Below are positions 1 through 7,549 of a DNA stretch of 10,939 nt, piece after piece (position 1 is the first letter of the stretch; every line of letters begins with the position of its first letter). Origin of the DNA: Candidatus Latescibacterota bacterium (GTDB lineage Bacteria > Latescibacterota > UBA2968 > UBA8231); assembly GCA_965205655.1 (NCBI GenBank), contig CBDBIJ010000003.1, positions 1 through 10,939 on the forward strand. Reading direction: 5' to 3'. The position numbers and the translations under genes were made by a program. The notes under the pieces were generated by a model. That model searched no databases. It was given only the letters and a program-made list of their open reading frames with translations, and was not told the DNA's origin.

Positions 1-1608
1 GAATGGGATGGTGACGCGACTGTGGGCATTGGGGAGAAAGGGGTTCGGGTAGCTGTCGCCGAGAGCAAAGGCGGGTGGGATTGGGCGTTCGGTGAGTGTG
101 TGGTCGTATTCAGCCGTTACGACGTACCGGAACCCGATGCCGACGCGCTCGGTGTTGGTGAGAATGAGGACGATTTCCTGGTAGGTGTCCCAGTCGGGAA
201 CACTCAGTGGCGTGACGGTGTCGGGAGTGCGCAGGATCTCGACCTCATCTGAAGAGACGAGTGCCAGCTGGCGAATCCAGCCACCGCGGTCGAGCTCTGT
301 TTCGAGAATCAGACCGCCCTGCAGCAACTGGGGATCGAGTTTGATGTAGGCGCTGGCGAGGTGGTCGAGTCGGCCCTCTACCTCGATGGTCGCACCGTCG
401 ACGGGGTGATGGGTCTGGACCTGAACGGTTGGCCACTTGTCGGCTTCCTCGTAGAATCCATCGCGGTGGCGGACACCTGTGAAGTAGTTCCACAAAGCAA
501 ACTCGCTGACGACGTCTGCGAGGCCGCCGGGGGTGGCATCCCGCAGAGCGTGGTCGAAGTTGTCGGTGCTGGCGTTGGCCCGGCGGCCGTGTTGCTCCCA
601 AATGGTGCGGATGAGATCGCGGTGGTAGCGTTGATCGAGGAAGTGGGCGAAGATGGAGGCGCCGTAGATCCGTGTGCCCGCGGAAAAGGCGCTGCCGCTG
701 TCGAGCGATCGGTCAGGCGCCAAAATGAAGTCGCAGACATACTGCAGATAGTCGTCAGCCTCGGGGTAGGCTACCTCCTCGATCCACGTACTGGACGCCT
801 CCTCCCACCACTGGCCGTCGGTGCCGTGGTAGTAACCGAACTGCACCGCATGAAAGAACTCGTGTGCCGTGGTCACGTGGAGGGCATCCAGCTCGCGCGT
901 GCCGACGGCGCCGATGCAGGCGCTTACCCGTCCATATGTGGCATCGGTGTAGTTGTTGTCTATGCGCATGTGACTCGGGGAGGTGGCACCGAACCGCTCG
1001 GCCTGTGTGAGGCCATACTTGTCCGTTTTTCCCAGCTCTACGACATACGCGTCGTACTCCACGCCGCCACCCGCACCGCCATCCGATGGAGGCTCTTTGT
1101 AACCGAGGACGTCGATTTCGAGCCGCCAGGCACTGTCGAGAGCTGCGGCGGCCAGATCGATGTAGTCGGGAATGTCGTTACCATTTTCATCGGTGGGATC
1201 GACGGCGTCGAAGCCGTCTAGAGAGTAGTGAACCCGGAAGTATCCGGAAGGGCTGAGGACCGACCTATCCAGTGAGGGTCGCTGTTGCAGCAGCTTATCT
1301 ACGCTGCGGCGATAGTCGGCGCTGAATTCTTCGCGAGCAGCTCGAGCCCGAGCGACGGCGGGCGTGCCGCAAGTGGCGGGACCCGGAGGTTGGCGGTACT
1401 CCGCCGGCATAGAGTCCGGATCGAGAACCCCGTAGAGCTCATACAACATCGCCGTCTCGCGGTCGAGCACACCCGCTTCGAGCGCCTGCGCGATGAGCGG
1501 ATTCGCACCGGTGGGCGGTGGGAGGCATACGCTGACGGCGAGGCCGACAGCGATCGCGACAAACAGGGCGAGCCCGGTAACGGGCCGGGTGTCGGTGAGC
1601 GCACGCAT
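1..1608 (-). CDS. Secreted zinc metalloprotease (HEXXH zincin, MXAN_6640-like) with the start of a YPNPF-type C-terminal domain; 3' end runs off the window
   Basis: Manually translated, absent from the ORF track. ATG at 1608, 14 nt after the M28 stop, open for 536 codons to position 1. N-terminus MRALTDTRPVTGLALFVAIAVGLAVSVCLPPPTGA is a signal-like hydrophobic stretch. Motifs: SPSGYFRVHY, DENGNDIPDYID (1156-1191), TTAHEFFHAVQFGY (HEFFH at 850-864), WWEEASSTWIEEVAYPEADDY, FALWNYFTG, SYPNPF (YPNPF at 37-51). Confidence 0.88.
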   Translation of the reverse strand, partial: MRALTDTRPVTGLALFVAIAVGLAVSVCLPPPTGANPLIAQALEAGVLDRETAMLYELYGVLDPDSMPAEYRQPPGPATCGTPAVARARAAREEFSADYRRSVDKLLQQRPSLDRSVLSPSGYFRVHYSLDGFDAVDPTDENGNDIPDYIDLAAAALDSAWRLEIDVLGYKEPPSDGGAGGGVEYDAYVVELGKTDKYGLTQAERFGATSPSHMRIDNNYTDATYGRVSACIGAVGTRELDALHVTTAHEFFHAVQFGYYHGTDGQWWEEASSTWIEEVAYPEADDYLQYVCDFILAPDRSLDSGSAFSAGTRIYGASIFAHFLDQRYHRDLIRTIWEQHGRRANASTDNFDHALRDATPGGLADVVSEFALWNYFTGVRHRDGFYEEADKWPTVQVQTHHPVDGATIEVEGRLDHLASAYIKLDPQLLQGGLILETELDRGGWIRQLALVSSDEVEILRTPDTVTPLSVPDWDTYQEIVLILTNTERVGIGFRYVVTAEYDHTLTERPIPPAFALGDSYPNPFLPNAHSRVTIPF

Positions 1609-1622
1609 GTCGTCGGCTTCGC

Positions 1623-3668
1623 TCAACGGACGAGGGCGATCTTTCCGCGCCGGATTTGTTCGCCCGTGCTTGATCGGATCGAGTAGATGTAGAGTCCCCC
1701 GCCGACGACGAAACCGCTCTCGTTGATCCCTGGCCATCGCACCTCGTGGGTGAGTGAACCCTGCTCCGACTCGGCGCCGGTCCAGATATGCTGGCCGTCG
1801 AGTGTGGTTATGAAGACCTTCGAAAAGAAAGGCAAGCCGTTGAAGGACAGAAAGCCGTCGGCAGCCGGCGCGAAGGGGTTCGGGTAGACGACGATCTCAC
1901 TTTGAGGGACGAGGCGCAGACTCTGAAAGCTGGAATTGTCCTCTTCATCGATTTCGGCGATTTCGTTTTCAGGGTCGATGTCGACGAAGAAGACGCCTTC
2001 GCCGAATCGCTGCCATTCGACCGAGATGTCTTCGACGCCGCCGGGCTGAATCGGTCCGGCTCGCTCTTGATCGAAGAAGACGATGCAGTTCGTGGAGTCG
2101 GAATCGCAGCGCCACAGGCGCACGCGGTAGGGGGTCTCGAGCGGGACTGGTCCGAGGTTGCCGATGCGGATCGTCAAATTGTCTCTGGGGTCGCCGCGGA
2201 GATCTCCGGTGAAGACGACGAGGTTCGGGAGATCCTCCTCGTGGCCGAACTGGGCGAGGGCGGCGACGGTGAGACGAGTCACGTGCCCCACGAGTTCCCA
2301 GTTCACACTGTCTGGTAAATCGGCGACGCTGTGGTACTGGCTGTTGATTCGATACCATCCATCCGTTACTGCATCGGTGGAGTCCGTGGGGAGATAGTTC
2401 TCGATGCCGAGAATGGCGTCAAAGCCGCGAACCCAGAACGGGTCGTGGTCGCTGAGGCCGGCGCTGCGATCTTTGAGAACATCAACCTGGACGCCGATGC
2501 CGTAGCGGGCATTCGTGTCGTCGAGGAGCCGCACGAGCCACTCGGAGGCGGGGTTCGTCACCAGCTCGATGCGGTCCTGGAGATCGTTGAAACCGACCAT
2601 GTCGAAATTGAGGACACCGAGAATGCGATGCTCTTCGAGGCGCGCAATATCGGCGTAGTACTGGCTGCCCCACAGCCCCAGCTCTTCGCCGGACCAGGCG
2701 ATGAATCGAATTGACCATGGGAACTCACGAGTAGACAGCAGGCGAGCGCTTTCGAGTACGACCGCCACCCCCGTGGCGTTGTCATCGGCCCCGGGCGCCA
2801 CGTCCGTGCGCCAGTCCCAGCCGCCCCGGCTGCGCGTGCCGATGGCGTCGTAGTGGGCGCAAATGATGTAGTAGCCGGCGTCCTCATCAGTTCCTGTCAA
2901 CTCGCCAATGACGTTGTACATTGAGATGGCGTCCTCGTTCGGGTCGAAGTCGCCGACCCTGGAAGGGACCTTATTCGGCCTGCCGGGGAATTCCTGCAGG
3001 GTCACGGCGCCGTCGCCGAGAAACCGTGTCAGCTCGTCCCGAATGTACTGCGTCGACTCGAAGGTCTCCGGCCGGAAGGCGAAGCGGGTGCGGACGTTTC
3101 CGGTAACGCTTCCGAGGTCGGGGTCGAGCAGTGCGAGTCGTTCAACGTGTCGTCGCAGACTGTCGGGATCGACCTGAGAGATGAGGTCGACGACCGCGGG
3201 CGACGGGTCGCGGGCGAGTGGCTTGGCGGCGATAGGGTTGAACAGCCCGCGACTATCGTATTCGGCTGGAAGCGGCCACAGGAAGAAGATGGCGTTCTGA
3301 ATTTTGTCGAAGCTGGCATCGGGAAAACGGATGAGTGCCCAGCCGGTCACATGCTCGTAGAGCAGTGTGACCTCAGCGGGCAGTGGCAGGTGAAGGTGAT
3401 CGGTGATAAAGTAGGATTCGCCCGGTGGGAGCGAGTCGATCAGATGGACCTCGAGACCCGCGCTCTCGAGCAACTGCGAAGATTGGTGGTCGCCTCGAAG
3501 CAGTGCGATGCCGGGGGCGACGTAGCGGAAGACGGCGTCCGCCGAGGCGAGCTGGCGAATCTCGGACTCGCTGCTCCAGCGCACGCCGAGCAGGACATCG
3601 CTCTCGGAAGCGGGTGCGGATGTCCAGGGTGCGATGGCGAGGATTAGGATGGAGCACAGACGTGTCAT
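1623..3668 (-). CDS. Secreted M28 family metallo-aminopeptidase with CARDB-like Ig domain and T9SS/FlgD-like C-terminal domain
   Basis: 681 aa ORF with signal peptide MTRLCSILILAIAPWTSAPA. M28 motifs: CAHYD, PGADDNATG, SGEELGLWGS, NFDMVG, SDHDPF, YHSVAD. CARDB-like segment LPNLVV...IGNLG...IDPENEIAEIDEEDN. C-terminal VYPNPF...TLDG...WPGINESGFVVGGGLYIY...GKIALVR. Confidence 0.9.
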   Translation of the reverse strand: MTRLCSILILAIAPWTSAPASESDVLLGVRWSSESEIRQLASADAVFRYVAPGIALLRGDHQSSQLLESAGLEVHLIDSLPPGESYFITDHLHLPLPAEVTLLYEHVTGWALIRFPDASFDKIQNAIFFLWPLPAEYDSRGLFNPIAAKPLARDPSPAVVDLISQVDPDSLRRHVERLALLDPDLGSVTGNVRTRFAFRPETFESTQYIRDELTRFLGDGAVTLQEFPGRPNKVPSRVGDFDPNEDAISMYNVIGELTGTDEDAGYYIICAHYDAIGTRSRGGWDWRTDVAPGADDNATGVAVVLESARLLSTREFPWSIRFIAWSGEELGLWGSQYYADIARLEEHRILGVLNFDMVGFNDLQDRIELVTNPASEWLVRLLDDTNARYGIGVQVDVLKDRSAGLSDHDPFWVRGFDAILGIENYLPTDSTDAVTDGWYRINSQYHSVADLPDSVNWELVGHVTRLTVAALAQFGHEEDLPNLVVFTGDLRGDPRDNLTIRIGNLGPVPLETPYRVRLWRCDSDSTNCIVFFDQERAGPIQPGGVEDISVEWQRFGEGVFFVDIDPENEIAEIDEEDNSSFQSLRLVPQSEIVVYPNPFAPAADGFLSFNGLPFFSKVFITTLDGQHIWTGAESEQGSLTHEVRWPGINESGFVVGGGLYIYSIRSSTGEQIRRGKIALVR

Positions 3669-3729
3669 AGGTCCAAGGGTCCGCCGGCACCGGGTCTACC
3701 GTCGACCATGCTGACGACGGGCCCTCTGC

Positions 3730-4485
3730 CTAACTCTCGAACTGGTCGCGGTACTTCATCATGTTGTGGATTGGTTTGTAGCCGAGCACCTCCTTGGCGG
3801 AGGTGAGGTCGAGGAGACCGTCGTGCTCTCCGTAGACATTGTCCGAGGCACCGTAGGTGATGAGGAATCTCTCGGGCCCGTCATAATCGACGGCGCAGCC
3901 GAAGAGGTTGGCGGCGTCGGCTGGCGACAGTCGGTAACTGCAGGCGCGGATGCTTTCCGCCTCGGACATACCGTTACAGTTGCCGATGCGGATGGAGATG
4001 AAGTGGATATCGTGGCCGTTCACGAGCCAGCGTCCGGCGGCTTCGGCCATCGCCTTCATGGCACCGTACCAGCCGTCCGGGCGGATGTGGTCGGGGTGGT
4101 GCTTCACCTGCGGGTCCTGCCGTTCGTTCCAGCCGCTGGCGTGATTCGAACTTGCATAGACAATCTTTTTGACTCCCGCCCTGACCGCATTTTCGAATAG
4201 CAGCATGCTTAGCCCGATATCAGTGAGCCCGTCGGGACGTTCACCGACGGTGTGGGCCCCAATGTAGGCGAGAGAAACGAGGACGTCCTGGTCCTGACAA
4301 ATCTTCTGAATGAAATCGAAATCACTGATGTCGCCTATCTCCACTCTCGAGTCGGCACCTTCGATCGGGTTTACGTCGGTGAGCGTCAGGTCGTATTTGC
4401 CTTTCTGCTCCCAGCCTTGCCACAGCGCGGTGCCGACTCTTCCGGCGGCGCCCGTGAGGAGGACGCGGGGTTTCATCGTAGCCAC
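3730..4485 (-). CDS. NAD-dependent epimerase/dehydratase family SDR, uronate-dehydrogenase-like
   Basis: Rossmann motif VLLTGAAGRVG, an acidic residue after beta2 (LTD), YASSNHA, RPDGWYGAMK (YxxxK) and SIRIG match the Udh-like extended SDR pattern. GTG start at 4485 has GGAGA 7 nt upstream; ATG at 4476 is an alternative start. Substrate not established. Confidence 0.85.
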   Translation of the reverse strand: MATMKPRVLLTGAAGRVGTALWQGWEQKGKYDLTLTDVNPIEGADSRVEIGDISDFDFIQKICQDQDVLVSLAYIGAHTVGERPDGLTDIGLSMLLFENAVRAGVKKIVYASSNHASGWNERQDPQVKHHPDHIRPDGWYGAMKAMAEAAGRWLVNGHDIHFISIRIGNCNGMSEAESIRACSYRLSPADAANLFGCAVDYDGPERFLITYGASDNVYGEHDGLLDLTSAKEVLGYKPIHNMMKYRDQFES

Positions 4486-4499
4486 AGGTCAGTCTCCGA

Positions 4500-5012
4500 T
4501 CAGGATTCGGTGAGTCGGGGCATGAGGTCGACGAGGTTGCAGGGCTGCGTGCGGCTGTCCAACTGGTCGCCGATGAGCTTGTCCCAGCCGGTGGCGCAGG
4601 CGCCGCTGGATCCTGGCAGGCAGAAAACGTAAGTGCCGTTGGCGACGCCGGCGATGGCGCGGGACTGAATCGTAGACGGGCCGATCTCCTCGTATGAGAG
4701 CACCCGGAAGAGCTCGCCGAACCCCTCGATTTCCTTGTCGAGCAACGGCGCCACCGCTTCCGGAGTGCCGTCCCGCCCGGTGAGTCCGGTACCGCCGGTG
4801 GTGACGACGACGTCGACGCAGTCATCCGCTATCCACTGAGCCACGGCAGCGCGAAGGACGTAGATATTGTCGGGCAGGATCTTCTTCTCGCAGAGCTTGT
4901 GTCCGGCTTGCTGTAGGCGCTCGACGAGGAGGTTGCCGGACTTGTCCGTCTCCTCCGTGCGGGTGTCGGATACCGTCAGCACGGCGACGTTGAGTGGAGA
5001 TGCTTCAGCCAT
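4500..5012 (-). CDS. moaB: Molybdenum cofactor biosynthesis protein B (MPT adenylyltransferase family)
   Basis: VAVLTVSDTRT..TDKSG, TTGGTGLTGRDGTPEA, GFGELFR.LSYEEIG.STIQSRA, FCLPGS.GAC, QLDSRTQPCN. Start re-assigned to ATG 5012 (MAEASPLNV, 170 aa) with GGGAG 9 nt upstream; the track's start at 5075 would overlap the upstream gene. Confidence 0.95.
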   Translation of the reverse strand: MAEASPLNVAVLTVSDTRTEETDKSGNLLVERLQQAGHKLCEKKILPDNIYVLRAAVAQWIADDCVDVVVTTGGTGLTGRDGTPEAVAPLLDKEIEGFGELFRVLSYEEIGPSTIQSRAIAGVANGTYVFCLPGSSGACATGWDKLIGDQLDSRTQPCNLVDLMPRLTES

Positions 5013-5032
5013 TCTTTCGAGCTCCCAAGTGT

Positions 5033-5857
5033 TTAGCTCTGATCGACGAGTTTTATCTGGTATAACCATGGCCACAGCTTACCGGTGACGAAGAGCCGGT
5101 CGTTCGCCGGATCGTAGGCGATGCCGTTCAGGACCTGGCTTGCTCTCTGATCTTCCTCGGGCAACAGGCCGCGCAGGTCGATCCAGCCGGCGACCTTTCC
5201 TGATTGAGGCGATATCCTGGCTATGAGGTCGGTCGTAAACACGTTGGCATACACCTCACCCTGTACATACTCGAGCTCGTTGAGGTTTTGCAAGGGCCTG
5301 CCGCTCTCGGTCACTTCGATGCGGCCGAGCTCCTCGAAGCTCTGTGGATCTCGAAGGTAGAGCGTCGCCGTACCGTCGCTCATGATGAGGTGGGCACCAT
5401 CGTGGGTGAGTCCCCAGCCGTCCGTCGGGTAAGAGAAGTCGCCTACGCGGGCAAAGTCAGTCTTGTCGTAGATGAAGCCGATTCTGGATTCGAATGTGAG
5501 CTGAAAGATACGCTCTTCGAAGAGGGCGATGCCCTCACCGAAGATTTCATTGTCCAGGATGTGCCTCTGCAAAACCCTGCCAGTCTTGAGGTCGACTCGT
5601 CGAAGACTGGAGCGGCCTTTCAGGCCAGTGCCTTCGTACAGGAATCCGTCCTCGTAGGCGAGACCCTGAGTGAAGGCTTCGGAGTCGTGTGGATAGGTGT
5701 CGACGATGGAAAAGGAATAGCGCGGTATTCCGCTGTCGCCAGGCGTTCCAGTCGCTGGCGACGAGCCAGGCTCTTTGGAACCGCCATTTGCCGGGTCCGA
5801 AGAGGAACACGACTGCAGAAAAAAGAGGGAAAGCAGTACCGCCGTGAGCGCCGTCAT
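5033..5857 (-). CDS. Glutaminyl-peptide cyclotransferase (plant/bacterial beta-propeller-type glutaminyl cyclase), probable lipoprotein
   Basis: [69 protein letters not shown]....[10 protein letters not shown]. Hydrophobic stretch with lipobox-like LQSC followed by a Ser/Gly/Pro linker. Start placed at ATG 5857 (uncertain, no RBS); the 133-codon extension to 6256 is antisense to nfi and the start of the M20 gene. Confidence 0.9.
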   Translation of the reverse strand: MTALTAVLLSLFFLQSCSSSDPANGGSKEPGSSPATGTPGDSGIPRYSFSIVDTYPHDSEAFTQGLAYEDGFLYEGTGLKGRSSLRRVDLKTGRVLQRHILDNEIFGEGIALFEERIFQLTFESRIGFIYDKTDFARVGDFSYPTDGWGLTHDGAHLIMSDGTATLYLRDPQSFEELGRIEVTESGRPLQNLNELEYVQGEVYANVFTTDLIARISPQSGKVAGWIDLRGLLPEEDQRASQVLNGIAYDPANDRLFVTGKLWPWLYQIKLVDQS

Positions 5858-5899
5858 CTGACGAAAGCTAACGGTTGCAGGAACGAGTGTCGAGGACGT

Positions 5900-6187
5900 A
5901 CACTGTCGCTGAACTTCCCGTACGTTCCCGGTCTGCTCTCCTTCCGGGAGGGCCCTGTCGTCGCGGCGGCATTGCGAAAGCTCAGGAGCAATCCCGGCCT
6001 CATTCTCGCGGACGGGCATGGCTTGGCTCATCCGCGGCGCTTCGGCATCGCCTGCCATCTCGGCTTGCTCACCCAGGCGATCGAGTACGTGCTCGCCTGC
6101 GGACGCGGGTTCCGGCTCCCGGAACCGGCGAGACTGGCACACCAGGCAGCGGCGGGTACGCTGCCAGCATCGAGGAGGAAGCGTTGA
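5900..6187 (+). pseudogene. nfi: Endonuclease V (deoxyinosine 3' endonuclease) remnant: N-terminus missing, internal in-frame deletion
   Basis: Tail of ORF 5204..6187 reads [15 protein letters not shown]...[48 protein letters not shown]. These are EndoV signatures (PYxP wedge, catalytic Glu, DGxGxxHPR, RLPEP..AH). The PTIGxAKS...RT....P.YVSxGH block and the N-terminal catalytic-Asp strand are absent, and there is no plausible start or RBS. Left boundary approximate. Confidence 0.88.
6173..6178 (+). promoter_or_regulatory. Shine-Dalgarno site for the M20 peptidase gene
   Basis: AGGAGG at 6173-6178, 5 nt before TTG 6184, lying inside the last codons of the nfi remnant. Confidence 0.8.
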
Positions 6188-7527
6188 TCGATTGGGATTC
6201 GGTGAGTAGCGAGGTAACTGGTTATCTGCAAGGCCTGATTCGCCTCGACACGACAAATCCGCCCGGCAGGGAGATCGAGGCGGCGCGATACCTAGAGGAG
6301 GTGCTGAAGGTCGAGGGCTTCGATCCGGTTGTCAGCGAGTCGGAGGAAGGGCGCGGAAACGTGACGGCGCGACTGAGTGGCAGTGGAGAAATGCCACCGT
6401 TCCTGTTGCTCGGACACACGGACGTGGTGGCGGTTGAGGAGGAGAAATGGAGCCGGCCGCCCTTCGGTGGCGAGCTGCACGATGGCTACGTGTGGGGGCG
6501 AGGCGCGCTCGATATGAAGAACATGGTGGCGGCTGAGCTGATGGTGTTTCTGCTGTTGAAGCGGGAGGGCGTGGCCACGAGAGGCGACATCATCTTCGCG
6601 GCCACGGCGGACGAAGAAGCGGGGAAGGGAAACCACGGCATCGGCTGGCTGCTCGACAACCACCCGGAGCAGATCGACGCACCGGTGGTGCTGACGGAGG
6701 CAGGAGGGCAGGACTTTCAAGTGGGCGAGCAGCGCTACTACACCTGCCAGGTCGCCCAGAAGGGAATCTGCCGTGGGCGCATCATCGCCAGCGGCGAGCC
6801 CGGACATGGGTCGCGGCCGCGCGGCGGCAGCGCAGTGCACAAAATAAGCCGTGCAGTGGCGTCCCTCGACGGTGTCCTGTTGCCCCCTCATCCTTCCGCG
6901 ACGATGCGCGCCTTTATCGAGGGGATTGCCGCCAGGCAACCTCCAGAGCTGGCAGCGGGCCTGCGAGATCTGCTCGACCCGGAGCTGTGTGACGATGCCC
7001 TGGCGACGCTGCCACTGAACGGTGAGTTCAAGAGGGAGTTGCGGGCGCTCATGGGGAACACGGCTGCCATCACCATGCTGCAGGCCGGTTCGAAGATCAA
7101 TGTAATCCCAGGCGAGGCGACTGCCTTCGTCGACGGGCGACTCGCTCCCGGCCAGAGCGCGGACTCATTCTGCGAAGAGTTGCGCGCTCACATCGGCAAC
7201 GATGTCGACATCGCCATCGACCAACTGACCGAGCCGCTCGAAATGGCCGCAGACGGGGCTCTCTTCGATACCATCGTGGAGGTGATGGGCAAGTACGATG
7301 ACGAGGCACCGGTGGTCCCGTCCATGACGACGGGAGGAACCGACGCCAAACACATCATTCCGCGCCGGCCGCAGACGAGGGTGTACGGGTTCACACCCTA
7401 CCGCCAGGCGCCGGGGGAAGAGGAGATGAATCTCATCCACGGCCACGACGAGCGTATATCGGTCGAAAATCTTGTATTCGCCACGAGGGTGATCTACGAT
7501 ATCGTGTGCCGATACTGCGGCCGGTGA
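6184..7527 (+). CDS. M20/M25/M40 family metallohydrolase (ArgE/DapE/Acy1-like peptidase or deacylase)
   Basis: Start re-assigned to TTG 6184 ([11 protein letters not shown], 447 aa), supported by the SD and a TTGA overlap with the nfi stop. Motifs: [57 protein letters not shown]. Confidence 0.92.
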   Translation: MIDWDSVSSEVTGYLQGLIRLDTTNPPGREIEAARYLEEVLKVEGFDPVVSESEEGRGNVTARLSGSGEMPPFLLLGHTDVVAVEEEKWSRPPFGGELHDGYVWGRGALDMKNMVAAELMVFLLLKREGVATRGDIIFAATADEEAGKGNHGIGWLLDNHPEQIDAPVVLTEAGGQDFQVGEQRYYTCQVAQKGICRGRIIASGEPGHGSRPRGGSAVHKISRAVASLDGVLLPPHPSATMRAFIEGIAARQPPELAAGLRDLLDPELCDDALATLPLNGEFKRELRALMGNTAAITMLQAGSKINVIPGEATAFVDGRLAPGQSADSFCEELRAHIGNDVDIAIDQLTEPLEMAADGALFDTIVEVMGKYDDEAPVVPSMTTGGTDAKHIIPRRPQTRVYGFTPYRQAPGEEEMNLIHGHDERISVENLVFATRVIYDIVCRYCGR

Positions 7528-7549
7528 TGCAGGAAAAGGCGGTGGCTCG

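Noticed and set aside
361..1221. 286-aa plus-strand ORF and other plus-strand ORFs over 1-3668
   Set aside because: Antisense shadows of the zincin and M28 genes with no family motifs.
38..1887. Identical 15-mer AAGGGGTTCGGGTAG at 38-52 and 1873-1887
   Set aside because: Both copies encode the conserved YPNPF motif; explained by protein constraint and codon bias, not a DNA repeat element.
1623..3668. M28 protein as an animal-type glutaminyl cyclase partnering the nearby QC
   Set aside because: It keeps the full two-metal aminopeptidase motif set plus CARDB-like and C-terminal domains; nothing specifically indicates cyclase activity.
5875..6183. 103-aa N-terminal extension of the M20 peptidase; its LQERVSR loosely resembles the EndoV N-terminal helix
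   Set aside because: It is an alternative frame over nfi, and the strong SD plus TTG at 6184 is a better start. The LQER resemblance is too short to support.
5204..6256. Long mutually antisense ORFs (5204..6187 + and 5033..6256 -) suggesting dual coding or a QC/EndoV fusion
   Set aside because: QC and the nfi remnant happen to share a codon register on opposite strands, and antisense frames are often open in GC-rich genes. Each extension lacks recognisable motifs or an RBS.
7528..7549. Expected bidirectional terminator between the convergent M20 and AKR genes
   Set aside because: The 22-nt gap has no convincing hairpin or T-tract.
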